Shown here piece by piece: positions 8,421 to 19,719 of a DNA stretch of 47,256 bases. Source of the stretch: a bacterium (GTDB taxonomy: Bacteria > Patescibacteriota > CPR2 > UBA1875 > CAIMLA01); contig JBAXEY010000003.1 in NCBI GenBank assembly GCA_037140175.1, positions 1-47,256 of the forward strand, written 5' to 3'. Below the pieces are notes generated by a model. It was given only the letters and a program-made list of their open reading frames with translations. It did no database searches and was not told the DNA's origin. The position numbers and the translations under genes were made by a program. Every line of letters starts with the position of its first letter. Position 1 is the first letter of the stretch.

Positions 8421-11400
8421 ATGCACTTAAAGAAATTGGAAATATACGGTTTTAAGTCTTTTGGGTCAAAAAGTACGCTAGACTTCGAACCAAATCAAAA
8501 AGAAGCAGAGATCACGGCCATTGTCGGTCCTAATGGGTCAGGTAAAAGCAATGTCGCGGACGCGATTCGGTGGGTACTCGGTGAACAAAGCAATAATATC
8601 CTAAGAAGCAAAAAAAGCGAGGATGTTATTTTTTGTGGAAGTGAGCTAAAAAGCCGTTCTTCATATGCTGAGGTCACCATAACCTTAACTCAGGAGAAAG
8701 AGATAGTTGTAGAAATAAATAATAAAAAACACTCATTTTCTGAGATCTCTCTTAGCCGTCGTTTGTATAGGTCAGGTGAGAGTGACTATTATATAAACCA
8801 GAAGAAGGCTCGTTTATTAGATATCCAGGAAATGCTAGCTTACCTTGGCTTTGGACAAACAACGTATACAATTATTGGCCAAGGTATGGTTGATCGTTTG
8901 TTATTTTTTAATGCGACAGAGCGCAAAGTATTATTCGATGAGGCGGCTGGCGTCAAACAATATAAGATAAAAAGAGATCAGTCGCTCAAGAGGTTGACTA
9001 AAACTGATGAGAACCTTATTCGTTTAAATGATATTCTGATGGAATTGGAGCCTAGAGTTATTTACTTGGGTCGGTTGGTAAAAAAAGCTGAGGGCAGAAA
9101 AGAGATAGACGTAGAATTAGAAAAATTGCAGACTAGTTTCTATAATTCAACTTTCTGGGAATTTGAAAAAAAGATTAACTTTTATAAATCAGAAAATTCC
9201 AAATATGAAACCGAGCTCGAGCTGATTAGTTCAAAGATTAATCTGGCGCAAAGGTCTTTGTCAAAACAAGCAGAGAAAAAAACAATTGCAGAAAAAGAAG
9301 AATCGGCCAACCAGAGACTTAGCCATCTATTTAAACTTAGAGACCAACTCATTAGAGATATCGCCTACCTAGAAGGACAAATATCGAATCAAGAACAAAA
9401 TGAAAAAATAGAGGAGGATCAAAAAGACTTGCTTACCAAGGAAAAGCCTCAACTTATAGATAAAATATCACATCTAGAGGTGCTAATAAAAAGTAATAGC
9501 ACTGAGGTAGGTGTCGTTAGGAAAAAAATAGAAAGCCTAGAAATAAATCTAGAAAAACTACAGCAAGAAGAAGAACTTTTAGAACTAAAAAAAGATGAAG
9601 TATCGAATAATGATTCCTCTGATAGTCTAGCCACAATTGAGGGGAGAATTATCGGCCTTGAGAGAAATAAGATGGAGTTGAGGGACAAGGCCTTTTTGCT
9701 TGAAAGAGGAAAAGACCTATTTGCTAAACAGGCGGATGAAAGCAGAGGGCTTAAAGCTCAACTGCAATTATTGGACAAGCAAGCATTTGACTTGTCTAAA
9801 GAGCTAAAAGAACTAGTTATAAAAAAACAAAAAGAAAAAATCAAAATAGAAGATAAAGAAAAATTGATCAAAAATATTGTACAGGAGATTAATAAAAAAG
9901 AAAAAGAAGTCTTGCAAGTTAATGACCAAATTGGTCAAGAAAAAATAACTGAGATTGAAGCTACTCTTACCAAACTTCAGGAGCAAAAAGAAATTTTTTC
10001 AAATACATTGATTGGTTCAAACAAAACGAATATCAAAAAATCTTTTGATATGTTCTCTCAACTTTTTTCGACATCAGTTAAACGAATTTTGGATTTTACA
10101 AAATCTCTAGACCCTATAAATCGCAAGAAAATTGAAGGTGTGCTCCAAAGTCTACGTTTGAAATTGGAAAATGAAAAAGAAAACTTAACAGATCTAGTCC
10201 TTACTTTTAATAAATTGGGTTCTGAACTTGAGATAAACGAAAATAAAACTAAAGAAATTGAGAGTAAAATAAGGAGTCTCAATCAAGGATTAGCTCAACT
10301 TTCAAGACAAACTGATCAAGCCAAAATCAAAGAAAATATGGAGAAAGTAGAATCGGATTTGGAATTAGTTGAAGATCAGATTCGTTTGCTTAAAGAAGAA
10401 AAAGAGCCATTCTTAGAAACAGAGCTTGAAAAACAAAAAACATATCTCACGAAAAAGAATAATATATTAAATAGTATTAGGGATCTTAATAAATCAATTT
10501 ATCAAGAGAATCTACTCTTAACGAAAACTACAAATATCTTAGAAAACCAGCAAAACGAAAAAGTAAATTCAGAAAAAAGGCTCCAAGAACTGTCAAAAAA
10601 GATAGATAGTTTCACCAATCATAAAGAACCTAATCAAGACGAATATCGTCTACAGAAACATAGGTTTGAGATGGGAGGACTAGAACAGAAAATAAAGAGA
10701 TTAAAAGACGAGTTAGAATATATTGTCGCAGAAAAAAAAGAGCTGGAAGAAAAGGAAAGAACCAAAGAGCAAGAAGTCAGAAGTTATGAAAAACAAGTTT
10801 TTGAGATAAATCAAAAGTTAAATGAAATAATTATGAATCTAAGCCACTTTCAAACAAAAAAAGAAGGAATCATTGAAGAAGCTAAGGGTCTTTCGCTCGG
10901 CAACGGACAGATTTCTGAAGCAAAAGAGCTCTCTCAAGAAGAAAAAGATATATTGAAAGCCAAAATAGAAAACCTGAAACGGAAAAAGGAAACTATCGGC
11001 GGAGTAGACCCGGAGACAATATTAGAATATGAAGAATTAGACAAAAGGGCTTCAGAAATGAGACAACAAGTGGACGACCTAACGTCAGCAAAGACTGATT
11101 TAGTAAAGATAATTTCTGAATTAGATCAAAAAATAAAAAATCAATTTACCGAAACATTTTCTGAGATCGCTAAGCAATTTAATTATTACTTTAATATCTT
11201 GTTTACTGGAGGTCGCGCCAAACTTGAGCTAGGAGAAGACGAGGAGAAGAATTTGGGAGTTGAGATTTCGGCAAGTCCTCCAGGTAAAAAAAATCAAAGC
11301 TTAAACGTTCTTTCTGGTGGCGAGAGAACGTTGACTTCGCTGGCTTTACTTTTTGCCATTCTCTCAGTCAACCCAAGTCCTTTCTGTGTCCTGGACGAAG

Positions 11401-11609
11401 TCGATGCGGCCCTTGATGAATCAAATACTATTCGGTTCCTCGACATTCTTCGTAAGCTAAAAGAAAAGACGCAGTTTGTTATCATCACTCACAATCGGGA
11501 GACGATGAGTGTGGCTAATCTTTTGTATGGGGTTACAATGTCAGAGAACCATATCTCTAAACTAATTTCAGTCAAATTAAGTGATGCGAATAAAATCGTA
11601 GAGGATTAG
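8421..11609 (+). CDS. smc: Chromosome segregation protein SMC (no recognisable hinge)
   Basis: GFKSF, GPNGSGKSN, LSGGE and LDEVDAALD with a long coiled coil between. Confidence 0.9.
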   Translation: MHLKKLEIYGFKSFGSKSTLDFEPNQKEAEITAIVGPNGSGKSNVADAIRWVLGEQSNNILRSKKSEDVIFCGSELKSRSSYAEVTITLTQEKEIVVEINNKKHSFSEISLSRRLYRSGESDYYINQKKARLLDIQEMLAYLGFGQTTYTIIGQGMVDRLLFFNATERKVLFDEAAGVKQYKIKRDQSLKRLTKTDENLIRLNDILMELEPRVIYLGRLVKKAEGRKEIDVELEKLQTSFYNSTFWEFEKKINFYKSENSKYETELELISSKINLAQRSLSKQAEKKTIAEKEESANQRLSHLFKLRDQLIRDIAYLEGQISNQEQNEKIEEDQKDLLTKEKPQLIDKISHLEVLIKSNSTEVGVVRKKIESLEINLEKLQQEEELLELKKDEVSNNDSSDSLATIEGRIIGLERNKMELRDKAFLLERGKDLFAKQADESRGLKAQLQLLDKQAFDLSKELKELVIKKQKEKIKIEDKEKLIKNIVQEINKKEKEVLQVNDQIGQEKITEIEATLTKLQEQKEIFSNTLIGSNKTNIKKSFDMFSQLFSTSVKRILDFTKSLDPINRKKIEGVLQSLRLKLENEKENLTDLVLTFNKLGSELEINENKTKEIESKIRSLNQGLAQLSRQTDQAKIKENMEKVESDLELVEDQIRLLKEEKEPFLETELEKQKTYLTKKNNILNSIRDLNKSIYQENLLLTKTTNILENQQNEKVNSEKRLQELSKKIDSFTNHKEPNQDEYRLQKHRFEMGGLEQKIKRLKDELEYIVAEKKELEEKERTKEQEVRSYEKQVFEINQKLNEIIMNLSHFQTKKEGIIEEAKGLSLGNGQISEAKELSQEEKDILKAKIENLKRKKETIGGVDPETILEYEELDKRASEMRQQVDDLTSAKTDLVKIISELDQKIKNQFTETFSEIAKQFNYYFNILFTGGRAKLELGEDEEKNLGVEISASPPGKKNQSLNVLSGGERTLTSLALLFAILSVNPSPFCVLDEVDAALDESNTIRFLDILRKLKEKTQFVIITHNRETMSVANLLYGVTMSENHISKLISVKLSDANKIVED

Positions 11610-11615
11610 TTTTGA

Positions 11616-11644
11616 TTGACAAAAGCTGATATTTTTATTAATAT
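11616..11644 (+). promoter_or_regulatory. Sigma70 promoter for rpsP
   Basis: TTGACA-17 nt-TAATAT. Confidence 0.6.
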
Positions 11645-11683
11645 TATCAAAGTTAAAGGACAGTATAACCGTAAGGAGAGAAA

Positions 11684-12115
11684 GTGGTAGTAATCAGATT
11701 ATCCCGGGGGGGGAAGAAAAAACAGGCCTTCTATAGAATAGTAGTGGCAGACTCGAGGCGCCCCGTAACGGCAAAATTTATCGAAATATTGGGTTGGTAT
11801 AATCCTCATACTAAAGAATTGAATATAAAAAATGAAAAGCTTGAAACTTGGTTTGAAAATGGAGCGAAGCCATCTAACTCAGTGGCAATTTTATTAGAAA
11901 AAAATAAGATTAAGCTTCCGACTTGGGTCAAAATTAAGCAAAAAAACAAGAAATCTAAAAAGCCTGAGATAGCTGAAGAAGCTAAGGATGCCCCTGCCAA
12001 GAATGAAAAAAATGAAAGTTCAGTCGAGAAAGAGAAAAGTAATAGCGATATTGAAGTGAAAGAAGACGATACGAACAAACCAGATGGTGCAGAAGCACCA
12101 GCTGATAATAATTAA
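11684..12115 (+). CDS. rpsP: 30S ribosomal protein S16 with charged C-terminal tail
   Basis: VIRLSRGGKKKQAFYRIVVADSR...GWYNP; SD AAGGAG with GTG start. Confidence 0.96.
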   Translation: MVVIRLSRGGKKKQAFYRIVVADSRRPVTAKFIEILGWYNPHTKELNIKNEKLETWFENGAKPSNSVAILLEKNKIKLPTWVKIKQKNKKSKKPEIAEEAKDAPAKNEKNESSVEKEKSNSDIEVKEDDTNKPDGAEAPADNN

Positions 12116-12131
12116 GAAAGGGAGTATTATT

Positions 12132-12512
12132 ATGCCAGCAAAAGAAGCAGATCAAGAGTTTGTAGAGTATATTGTAAAGCAACTTGTTAATAGTCCAGAA
12201 AAAGTCGAGACGACAAGGAAAATTGATGAACTTGGTGTCTTGGTAGAATTGGTTGTTGACCGTGATGATATGGGTGTTGTTATTGGCAAAGAAGGCAAGA
12301 CAGCTAAAGCGATTCGAACTCTGTTGCGGGTTATGGGGGCCAGGAATGACGCTAGGATTAATTTAAAAATTATTGAGCCTGATGGTGAATATAAAAAAGC
12401 CGAGAAGGAACTCGACCAAGACGTAGAAAAAGAAGCAGAGGTTGAGAAAGAAGTTGAGCCAAAGGAACCTGAGAAGGAAGACGAGGCACCAATGGCAGAT
12501 CTGGAGCTTTAG
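12132..12512 (+). CDS. khpA: KH-domain RNA-binding protein KhpA/YlqC
   Basis: DMGVVIGKEGKTAKAIRTLL; lies between rpsP and trmD. Confidence 0.9.
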   Translation: MPAKEADQEFVEYIVKQLVNSPEKVETTRKIDELGVLVELVVDRDDMGVVIGKEGKTAKAIRTLLRVMGARNDARINLKIIEPDGEYKKAEKELDQDVEKEAEVEKEVEPKEPEKEDEAPMADLEL

Positions 12513-12536
12513 TTTTAACAAAGATAATTATACAAT

Positions 12537-12563
12537 AATGGGGTCACTACGTGGCCCCATTTA
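12537..12563 (+). terminator. Hairpin, probable terminator after khpA
   Basis: AATGGGGTCAC-TAC-GTGGCCCCATT. Confidence 0.6.
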
Positions 12564-12577
12564 ATTAGGTCTAGAAA

Positions 12578-13249
12578 ATGAAAATACGCATTATAACTTT
12601 ATTCCCAGAAATGTTTCGTGGTCCGTTTTCTTGTAGCATCTTAGGGAGAGCACAAGAAAAAGGCACCATTGAGATAGAATATATTAATTTACGCGATTTC
12701 GGAGTTGGCCCCAGACGTCAAATTGATGATACACCTTATGGAGGCGGTCCGGGAATGATTATAAAGGTTGATGTGATGGCCAAAGCAATCGAATCTGCCA
12801 AAAAAAACTTTCAACTGGCCCAAACAGTTTTGTTGACACCTCAAGGGAAAGTTTTTAACCAGGAGACTGCAACCAATTTTGCTGCGGAAAAAGAGATTAT
12901 CTTTATCTGTGGACACTATGAGGGCTTTGATGAAAGAATTAGGACTATGGTTGATCATGAAGTATCAATTGGTAAATATATCCTGACGGGTGGTGAAATC
13001 CCAGCGATGGTTATAGTCGATAGTATCAGCAGGTTGGTGCCAGGAGTGCTTGGCCAAGATAGTTCGAGCGTCTCGGAGTCATTCTCTGCCGACCACTTGC
13101 TCGAATACCCTCAATACACGAGGCCAGATGACTACAACGGTCAAAAAGTACCGAACATATTAAAATCAGGCAATCACCACGAGATTGAAAACTGGAGAGC
13201 ATCACAGGCATCAATAAAAAGCAAAAAATATAAAAAAATTGATGGTTGA
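12578..13249 (+). CDS. trmD: tRNA (guanine-N1)-methyltransferase
   Basis: DDTPYGGGPGM, CGHYEGFDER, GGEIPA, LEYPQYTRP. Confidence 0.97.
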   Translation: MKIRIITLFPEMFRGPFSCSILGRAQEKGTIEIEYINLRDFGVGPRRQIDDTPYGGGPGMIIKVDVMAKAIESAKKNFQLAQTVLLTPQGKVFNQETATNFAAEKEIIFICGHYEGFDERIRTMVDHEVSIGKYILTGGEIPAMVIVDSISRLVPGVLGQDSSSVSESFSADHLLEYPQYTRPDDYNGQKVPNILKSGNHHEIENWRASQASIKSKKYKKIDG

Positions 13250-13290
13250 AAGAAGCGAAATTTGATATTATATAAACAACAAGGAGGAAC

Positions 13291-13476
13291 ATGGCCAAAT
13301 TTAAAGTTAACCAAGAAGTGTGCATAGGATGCGGAACCTGTGTTAGTTTGTGCCCAGAATGTTTTGAGCTAAATGATGAGGGAAAATCGCAAGTAAAATT
13401 AGATGAATGCAAGAGTGATTGTGATAGCGCAGAAGTTGTAAGCGATTGTCCGGTGCGGGCGATAGCAATAGAATAA
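13291..13476 (+). CDS. Single-cluster ferredoxin
   Basis: CIGCGTCVSLCP...CPVRAI; SD AGGAGG. Confidence 0.9.
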   Translation: MAKFKVNQEVCIGCGTCVSLCPECFELNDEGKSQVKLDECKSDCDSAEVVSDCPVRAIAIE

Positions 13477-14154
13477 ATGGATGATTTAGAAGAAAATTCG
13501 AATAATAATGACAAGATCTGGAAGATAATCACTGGATTGGTGGCTGTTCTTTTTGTTGCATCTGTTGTCTTCACAATAATCTTTGGCGTACGAGTCAAGA
13601 ACAACAACAAAGTGAAAGACAAAGAGATTCAAGATAACCTAGTGGTGCAGGAAAAAGTTTTAAGAAACGAATTCCAGCAAGAAAAAGAACAAGATGATAT
13701 CCAATACACAACAAGCGATTATTTTGGGAACCTTAAATTTAACTTTCCGAAAGTTTGGGCTACAAATATCGTCATAAATGAAGGTGGCGGAGAAGAATTT
13801 ATTTTTATGACTGACCCTAATCTAATCGTAATTGACAAAAAGACTCCCTATACACCAACAGCTCTTAAGGTAGTGGTTTATAAGAACAGATATGAAGAAG
13901 TTCTCAAAGACTGGGAAAGCAAAAATAAAGGGTTTAAACCTCCATATAAATTAAAAGAAGAGGACACAGTAGTTTCTGAGATACAAGGCAAAAAGTTTTC
14001 TGGCCTGTATAAGGAAACCAAAAACCTCTACACTATGACCATTATTCCATACCGAGATAAAACTTTATTAATTAGCACTGATGGCACTCAAACGGAAGAC
14101 ACTTATAAGCGTCAATATGAAAAGATCTTAAGCTCATTTGAACTTAGGAAATAA
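13477..14154 (+). CDS. Membrane-anchored extracytoplasmic protein (possibly PsbP-like)
   Basis: N-terminal TM, F.FPK.W and terminal KILSSF; fold is an inference. Confidence 0.65.
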   Translation: MDDLEENSNNNDKIWKIITGLVAVLFVASVVFTIIFGVRVKNNNKVKDKEIQDNLVVQEKVLRNEFQQEKEQDDIQYTTSDYFGNLKFNFPKVWATNIVINEGGGEEFIFMTDPNLIVIDKKTPYTPTALKVVVYKNRYEEVLKDWESKNKGFKPPYKLKEEDTVVSEIQGKKFSGLYKETKNLYTMTIIPYRDKTLLISTDGTQTEDTYKRQYEKILSSFELRK

Positions 14155-14195
14155 TTGATATATAATTGAGCACTCATAACCTCCAGGAAGATAAA

Positions 14196-16265
14196 ATGGA
14201 GAGAAAAATTTTTAAATTAGAAAGTATTTTCCAGCCACAGGGCGATCAAAGCCAAGCGATCGCTAAACTTTGTGATGGGCTGGACAAGGATTTTAGATAT
14301 CAAACACTTTTAGGGGTGACTGGCTCCGGAAAAACATTTACTATGGCTAAAGTTGTTGAAAAAGTCCAGAAACCGACTTTAATCATCTCTCACAACAAAA
14401 CATTAGCTGCTCAACTTTATAGTGAATTTAAAGAGTTTTTCCCTAACAATGCAGTTCACTATTTTGTTAGCTATTATGACTATTATCAGCCAGAGGCATA
14501 TATTCCGAGAACGGATACATATATTGAGAAAGACGCTTCCATAAATGAAGAAATTGATCGACTTAGGAATGCGGCAACAAGTGCTCTTCTCTCACAGTCA
14601 GATACACTTATTGTAGCAAGTGTATCCTGCATCTACGGATTAGGCGACCCCGATGATTATAATGAACTAGCCCTTACCTTAAAGGTTGGAGAAGAAATGA
14701 ATCGGGAGAAGATTGTTCGAAGATTAATCGACATTCAATATAGCAGAAATGACAAGGTCTTTGAGAGAAGCAATTTTCGGGTACGAGGAGGAGTGATTGA
14801 TCTGTGGCCGAGTTATGAAGAAATTTGCACTAGGATAGAACTTAATACTCAAAACAAGATTGACTCTCTAAAAGTCTTTAACCCTTTAACCGGCGAGATA
14901 TTAACTAGCAAGGAATCAATCACAATCTTTCCGGCAAAACATTTTGTGACGACAAAGGAGAGAATCAAATCAGCAACTTTAAAAATTAAGGCCGACCTTG
15001 AAAAAAGAATTTTTGAACTAAAACATGAGAACAAATTGCTTGAAGCTGAAAGGCTGTCTCAGAGAACCAATTACGATATGGAAATGCTCGAAGAGGTTGG
15101 GTATTGTTCTGGTATTGAGAACTATTCTCGATATTTGTCCAATCGACCGGAAGGAGTCGAGCCAGCCACACTTTTGGATTATTTCCCGGATGACTTTTTA
15201 TTAATGGTTGATGAATCTCATATGACCATACCACAGATAAGAGGTATGTATCGGGGAGATTTCTCGAGAAAAAAAACACTTGTTGATTTTGGTTTTAGAC
15301 TACCGAGTGCCTTCGACAATAGACCCCTAAGATTTCCAGAATTCGAAGATCACATAAAACAGGCTATTTTTGTTTCAGCGACACCCGGTGGATATGAGAT
15401 CGAAAAAAGTACAAACGGCAAAGTTCTTTCCGCCGAAGAGTTTTATCTAAAAGTAAAAAAGGGGCATAATTTTGCTGAAATTAGTGAACAGGTAATCAGG
15501 CCAACAGGACTATTGGATCCTTTGGTTGAGATTCGAAAAACAGAAAATCAGATTGATGATCTGATTACGGAGGTCAGAAAGACAGTAAAAGCCGGGCAAA
15601 GGGTTTTGGTTACCACATTAACAAAAAGGATGTCAGAAGAGTTGGCTCAATATTTATCTGAGATGGGAATTAGGGTAAAATATCTACATTCTGAAATCCA
15701 TACTCTAGATAGGCCAGAGATAATAAGGGAATTAAGGTTGGGCATATACGACGTGCTAGTAGGGATAAACTTGTTGAGGGAGGGGATTGATTTGCCAGAA
15801 GTCTCATTGGTTGCAATTTTGGACGCTGATAAAGAGGGCTTTTTACGGAGTGAGCAAGCTCTAATCCAAACCATTGGTCGTGCGGCGCGACATCAGGATG
15901 GTCGAGTAATAATGTATGCTGATAATAACACGGGCTCAATGCAAAGAGCTATTTTTGAAACCAATCGGCGGCGAAAAATACAAGAAGAATATAATGTTTT
16001 GCATGGCATAACACCAAAAACGATTAAAAAGAAAATTTCTGATTCTATGTCAGCCATCAAAAAAGATGATCAAGAAAAAGGTGGAATTGACATATCAGGG
16101 ATTCCGAGCGATGAACTTGCTCGACTTATTAAGGATCTAGAAAGAAAAATGAATTTTGCAGCCAAAAATCTAGAATTTGAGAAAGCCTCAAAAATACGAG
16201 ATCAGATTTTTGAAATAAGGTCTGAAATCGAGCAAATAAATTTTAAGAATAAAATGAAAAGTTAG
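14196..16265 (+). CDS. uvrB: Excinuclease ABC subunit B
   Basis: [35 protein letters not shown]. Confidence 0.97.
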   Translation: MERKIFKLESIFQPQGDQSQAIAKLCDGLDKDFRYQTLLGVTGSGKTFTMAKVVEKVQKPTLIISHNKTLAAQLYSEFKEFFPNNAVHYFVSYYDYYQPEAYIPRTDTYIEKDASINEEIDRLRNAATSALLSQSDTLIVASVSCIYGLGDPDDYNELALTLKVGEEMNREKIVRRLIDIQYSRNDKVFERSNFRVRGGVIDLWPSYEEICTRIELNTQNKIDSLKVFNPLTGEILTSKESITIFPAKHFVTTKERIKSATLKIKADLEKRIFELKHENKLLEAERLSQRTNYDMEMLEEVGYCSGIENYSRYLSNRPEGVEPATLLDYFPDDFLLMVDESHMTIPQIRGMYRGDFSRKKTLVDFGFRLPSAFDNRPLRFPEFEDHIKQAIFVSATPGGYEIEKSTNGKVLSAEEFYLKVKKGHNFAEISEQVIRPTGLLDPLVEIRKTENQIDDLITEVRKTVKAGQRVLVTTLTKRMSEELAQYLSEMGIRVKYLHSEIHTLDRPEIIRELRLGIYDVLVGINLLREGIDLPEVSLVAILDADKEGFLRSEQALIQTIGRAARHQDGRVIMYADNNTGSMQRAIFETNRRRKIQEEYNVLHGITPKTIKKKISDSMSAIKKDDQEKGGIDISGIPSDELARLIKDLERKMNFAAKNLEFEKASKIRDQIFEIRSEIEQINFKNKMKS

Positions 16266-16277
16266 ATATTTAGTTTT

Positions 16278-16308
16278 CCTGCCGACTAGGAAATTCCTAG
16301 TCGGCAGG
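16278..16308. terminator. Perfect inverted repeat, bidirectional terminator
   Basis: CCTGCCGACTAGGAA-A-TTCCTAGTCGGCAGG between convergent genes. Confidence 0.75.
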
Positions 16309-16755
16309 TTTTGGTTTGAGTTTTTTTGGAGTGGGGACTTCAATCGTTGTGATGTAAAAATTGTCTTTCTTTTTGAAACAAATCGTTCCGCCTATCCTCT
16401 TGAGGAGACTCTTGGCTAGGTCTAAGCCTCGTCCATGACACTTTAGCTCATCGTCTGGCTTATCCTCACCTTTTGAGCAGTCGAGGTCTCGATCATTTGG
16501 GGCACTTGGGTTGGCGATCTCAATTACTAGACCATCGTCATCCCGAGTTATCGTGGCGATAATATCATCTCCACCATAGAGGAGGCCATTACTAGCCACT
16601 TCACTTACGGGTACGGTCAGGCAGAAGATTGCATCTGGTTCGAGGATATGGGCCGCTTCTTCTTCAGTGGCGTCCCTAATGACACCAACTGGGCTTCTAC
16701 CTTCTTCGTTTTTTGGGGGTAGTTTGTCAAGTCTAAAACGACGTGTGATTGTCAT
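16297..16755 (-). CDS. Stand-alone GHKL/HATPase domain protein (anti-sigma/Ser kinase-like)
   Basis: [11 protein letters not shown] (N-box), GRGLDL (G2 box), GGTI; SD AGGAGGGG. Confidence 0.7.
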   Translation of the reverse strand: MTITRRFRLDKLPPKNEEGRSPVGVIRDATEEEAAHILEPDAIFCLTVPVSEVASNGLLYGGDDIIATITRDDDGLVIEIANPSAPNDRDLDCSKGEDKPDDELKCHGRGLDLAKSLLKRIGGTICFKKKDNFYITTIEVPTPKKLKPKPAD

Positions 16756-16837
16756 CTAACCCCTCCTTTGTTGGATTGTAAAAGATCAAACCTATCTTCA
16801 TTGTCTCTTATTGGGAGAATTTGTCAAATCAAAAGGC

Positions 16838-16866
16838 TTGAGTTTTACAGACAAAAAGAGTACAAT
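16838..16866 (+). promoter_or_regulatory. Sigma70 promoter for uvrA
   Basis: TTGAGT-17 nt-TACAAT. Confidence 0.55.
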
Positions 16867-16899
16867 TTAAAAGTTTCTGACACTAATTTGAAGGACAAG

Positions 16900-19719
16900 A
16901 TGCATAATAATATTGTAATTACCGGAGCTCGTGAACATAATCTAAAAAACATAGATGTTACTATCCCGCGAGATAAATTAGTCGTAATCACGGGTCTTTC
17001 AGGCTCTGGCAAATCGTCTTTAGCCTTTGACACAATTTATGCTGAAGGTCAAAGACGCTATGTCGAGAGCCTATCAAGTTATGCACGTCAATTTCTGGGA
17101 TTGATGGAGAAGCCTGACGTCGACCAGATTGAAGGTTTATCTCCTGCTATTTCAATAGATCAAAAATCGACAACGAAAAACCCGCGCTCAACTGTTGGGA
17201 CAGTTACAGAAATATATGACTATTTAAGGCTACTTTATGCTCGAATTGGGATACCTCATTGTCCAATTTGTAATCGCGTAATAACCAAACAAACAACTTC
17301 ACAAATCGTTGAGCAAATATTGTCAAAGAAATCCGAAACAAAGTTTATGATTTTGGCACCAATTATTAAAGATAAAAAAGGCGTTCATAAATATGTTTTT
17401 GATGGCTTAAAAAAGGCTGGATATGTTCGAGTAAGGGTTGATGGAAAGATTTTCGACATCGATGATGACATTGATTTAGACAAGAACAAGAAGCATACGA
17501 TAGAGGCAGTCATCGATCGGCTTATTGTCAGTCAAGATATTAACAAAAGACTTATTGAATCAGTAGAAACAGCCTTGAATCTGGGCGAAGGGATGATAAT
17601 ATTTTTGGATAATGAAACCCAAAAAGAAGAAATATTTTCACAGAACTTTGCTTGCCCAAATTGTCATATCAGTTTGCCGGAAATATCCCCAAGAAGCTTC
17701 TCTTTTAACAGTCCCCACGGTGCTTGCCCTGTTTGCACAGGCCTTGGATCAAGACTAGAAATTGACCCTGAACTAGTCGTTCCAAACAAAAAACTGACAA
17801 TTGCTGAAGGGGCAATCAGATACTGGAACAGAACAACCGATAAGCTTAATTGGTACACTAGATTATTGAAAACTGTGGGAGAAAAATATGGGTTTACAGT
17901 AGATCAGCCGATAGGCGATTTATCCAAAAAGGCTCTAGATGTCATTATGTATGGTAGTGGCGACGAGCTTTTCAATTTTCAGTTGGGTACCCGTTCCTAT
18001 GAGTCAACCTATGAAGGGGTAGTTGCTAACCTAGAAAGACGATACTTAGAGACAGATTCGGATTATATTCGTAATGAAATCAAAAAATATATGGCTGAAA
18101 AAATCTGTCCAAAATGTCAGGGGAAACGGCTAAAACCTGAATTTTTAGCCGTGACAATTGCAGACAAATCAATTGTGGACCTGACTAATTATCCGATAAA
18201 TGAATGTATAGATTTTTTTGATAAACTTTCTTTGAGTAGCAGAGATACTAATATTGCGAAACAGATATTAAAGGAGATAAAAGCTCGACTTCGGTTTTTA
18301 ATAAATGTAGGACTTGACTATTTAACACTAGACCGGAGTGCTAGTACTCTGTCTGGAGGAGAAGCTCAGAGGATTAGGCTCGCGACTCAGATTGGATCAT
18401 CTTTAATGGGGGTAATCTACATTCTCGATGAACCCTCGATCGGTTTACACCAGAGAGATAATTATCGGCTTATCGACACTCTAAAAAACTTAAAAAATTT
18501 AGGAAATACAGTAATTGTTGTTGAGCATGACAAGGATACGATGGAAGAGGCTGACTGGCTAATTGATATTGGTCCCGGAGCCGGGGAGAAGGGTGGAGAA
18601 GTGATAGCCGCAGGCACTCCCCAGCAAGTAAAAAATAATCCAAAATCCTTAACAGGGCAATACCTTAATGGCGATAAAGTGATAAACTGTCCTACAAAAA
18701 GACGGGGCGGAAATGGCATGGAAATTGTAATTGTAGGCGCCGCAGAAAATAACTTAAAAAATATTAATGTATCGATACCTTTGGGCAAACTGGTTTTGGT
18801 AACTGGAGTATCGGGATCAGGCAAGTCTAGTTTAGTGAATGATATTTTGGCGAAAAAATTAGCTCAAGTCTTCCATCGAGCCCAAGAAACAGCTGGATTA
18901 CATAAGGAAATCTCCGGATTAAAAAACCTTGATAAGGTTATAAATATAGACCAATCTCCAATTGGTCGAACTCCTCGGTCAAATCCGGCTACATATACTA
19001 AGGCCTTTGATGATGTGAGAGAACTATTCTCAAATGTACCAGAGGCAAAAATAAGAGGCTACAAGAAGGGACGATTTAGTTTCAATGCAAAAGGTGGCGG
19101 TCGTTGTGAGGTTTGTCGTGGTGAAGGAATTCTCAAAATAGAGATGCATTTTTTACCTGATGTATATATTACATGCGAAGAATGTGAAGGTAAAAGATAT
19201 AACAAAGAAGCACTTGAGATTCATTACAAAGGTAAAAATATTTCGGATGTCTTAAATATGACTGTTGGTGAAGCTTTTACATTTTTTCAAAACATCCCAC
19301 AGATTAAAAGAAAACTAGAAACCCTGGTTGAAGTCGGCTTAGGCTATATCAGACTAGGGCAACCAGCAACGACTTTATCAGGAGGAGAAGCGCAGAGAGT
19401 AAAGTTAGCTTCTGAATTGGCGAGGAGATCGACCGGAAAGACTCTTTATATATTAGATGAACCGACTACCGGGCTTCATTTTGACGATGTGGATAGGCTA
19501 ATGCATGTCTTAAATAAATTGGTGGACTTAGGGAATACAGTCTTGGTTATCGAACATAACTTAGAGGTTATTAAATGTGCTGATTGGATAATTGACCTTG
19601 GCCCTGAAGGTGGGAATAAGGGCGGGGAAATAATTGCACAAGGGACCCCTGAACAGGTTGGGAAAGAGACAAAGTCATACACAGGGCACTATTTGAAGAA
19701 AGTTCTCTCTCAAAAATAA
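16900..19719 (+). CDS. uvrA: Excinuclease ABC subunit A
   Basis: GAREHNLKN, two [10 protein letters not shown] Walker A motifs, two LSGGEAQR motifs, zinc fingers. Confidence 0.97.
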   Translation: MHNNIVITGAREHNLKNIDVTIPRDKLVVITGLSGSGKSSLAFDTIYAEGQRRYVESLSSYARQFLGLMEKPDVDQIEGLSPAISIDQKSTTKNPRSTVGTVTEIYDYLRLLYARIGIPHCPICNRVITKQTTSQIVEQILSKKSETKFMILAPIIKDKKGVHKYVFDGLKKAGYVRVRVDGKIFDIDDDIDLDKNKKHTIEAVIDRLIVSQDINKRLIESVETALNLGEGMIIFLDNETQKEEIFSQNFACPNCHISLPEISPRSFSFNSPHGACPVCTGLGSRLEIDPELVVPNKKLTIAEGAIRYWNRTTDKLNWYTRLLKTVGEKYGFTVDQPIGDLSKKALDVIMYGSGDELFNFQLGTRSYESTYEGVVANLERRYLETDSDYIRNEIKKYMAEKICPKCQGKRLKPEFLAVTIADKSIVDLTNYPINECIDFFDKLSLSSRDTNIAKQILKEIKARLRFLINVGLDYLTLDRSASTLSGGEAQRIRLATQIGSSLMGVIYILDEPSIGLHQRDNYRLIDTLKNLKNLGNTVIVVEHDKDTMEEADWLIDIGPGAGEKGGEVIAAGTPQQVKNNPKSLTGQYLNGDKVINCPTKRRGGNGMEIVIVGAAENNLKNINVSIPLGKLVLVTGVSGSGKSSLVNDILAKKLAQVFHRAQETAGLHKEISGLKNLDKVINIDQSPIGRTPRSNPATYTKAFDDVRELFSNVPEAKIRGYKKGRFSFNAKGGGRCEVCRGEGILKIEMHFLPDVYITCEECEGKRYNKEALEIHYKGKNISDVLNMTVGEAFTFFQNIPQIKRKLETLVEVGLGYIRLGQPATTLSGGEAQRVKLASELARRSTGKTLYILDEPTTGLHFDDVDRLMHVLNKLVDLGNTVLVIEHNLEVIKCADWIIDLGPEGGNKGGEIIAQGTPEQVGKETKSYTGHYLKKVLSQK

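Noticed and set aside
8370-16899. Extended starts in the ORF track (8370, 12084, 14166, 16768)
   Set aside because: They run through terminators, promoters or upstream genes; downstream ATGs match the family N-termini.
14155-16899. LexA/SOS box upstream of uvrB or uvrA
   Set aside because: No CTGT-N8-ACAG or GAAC-N4-GTTC seen in either intergenic region.
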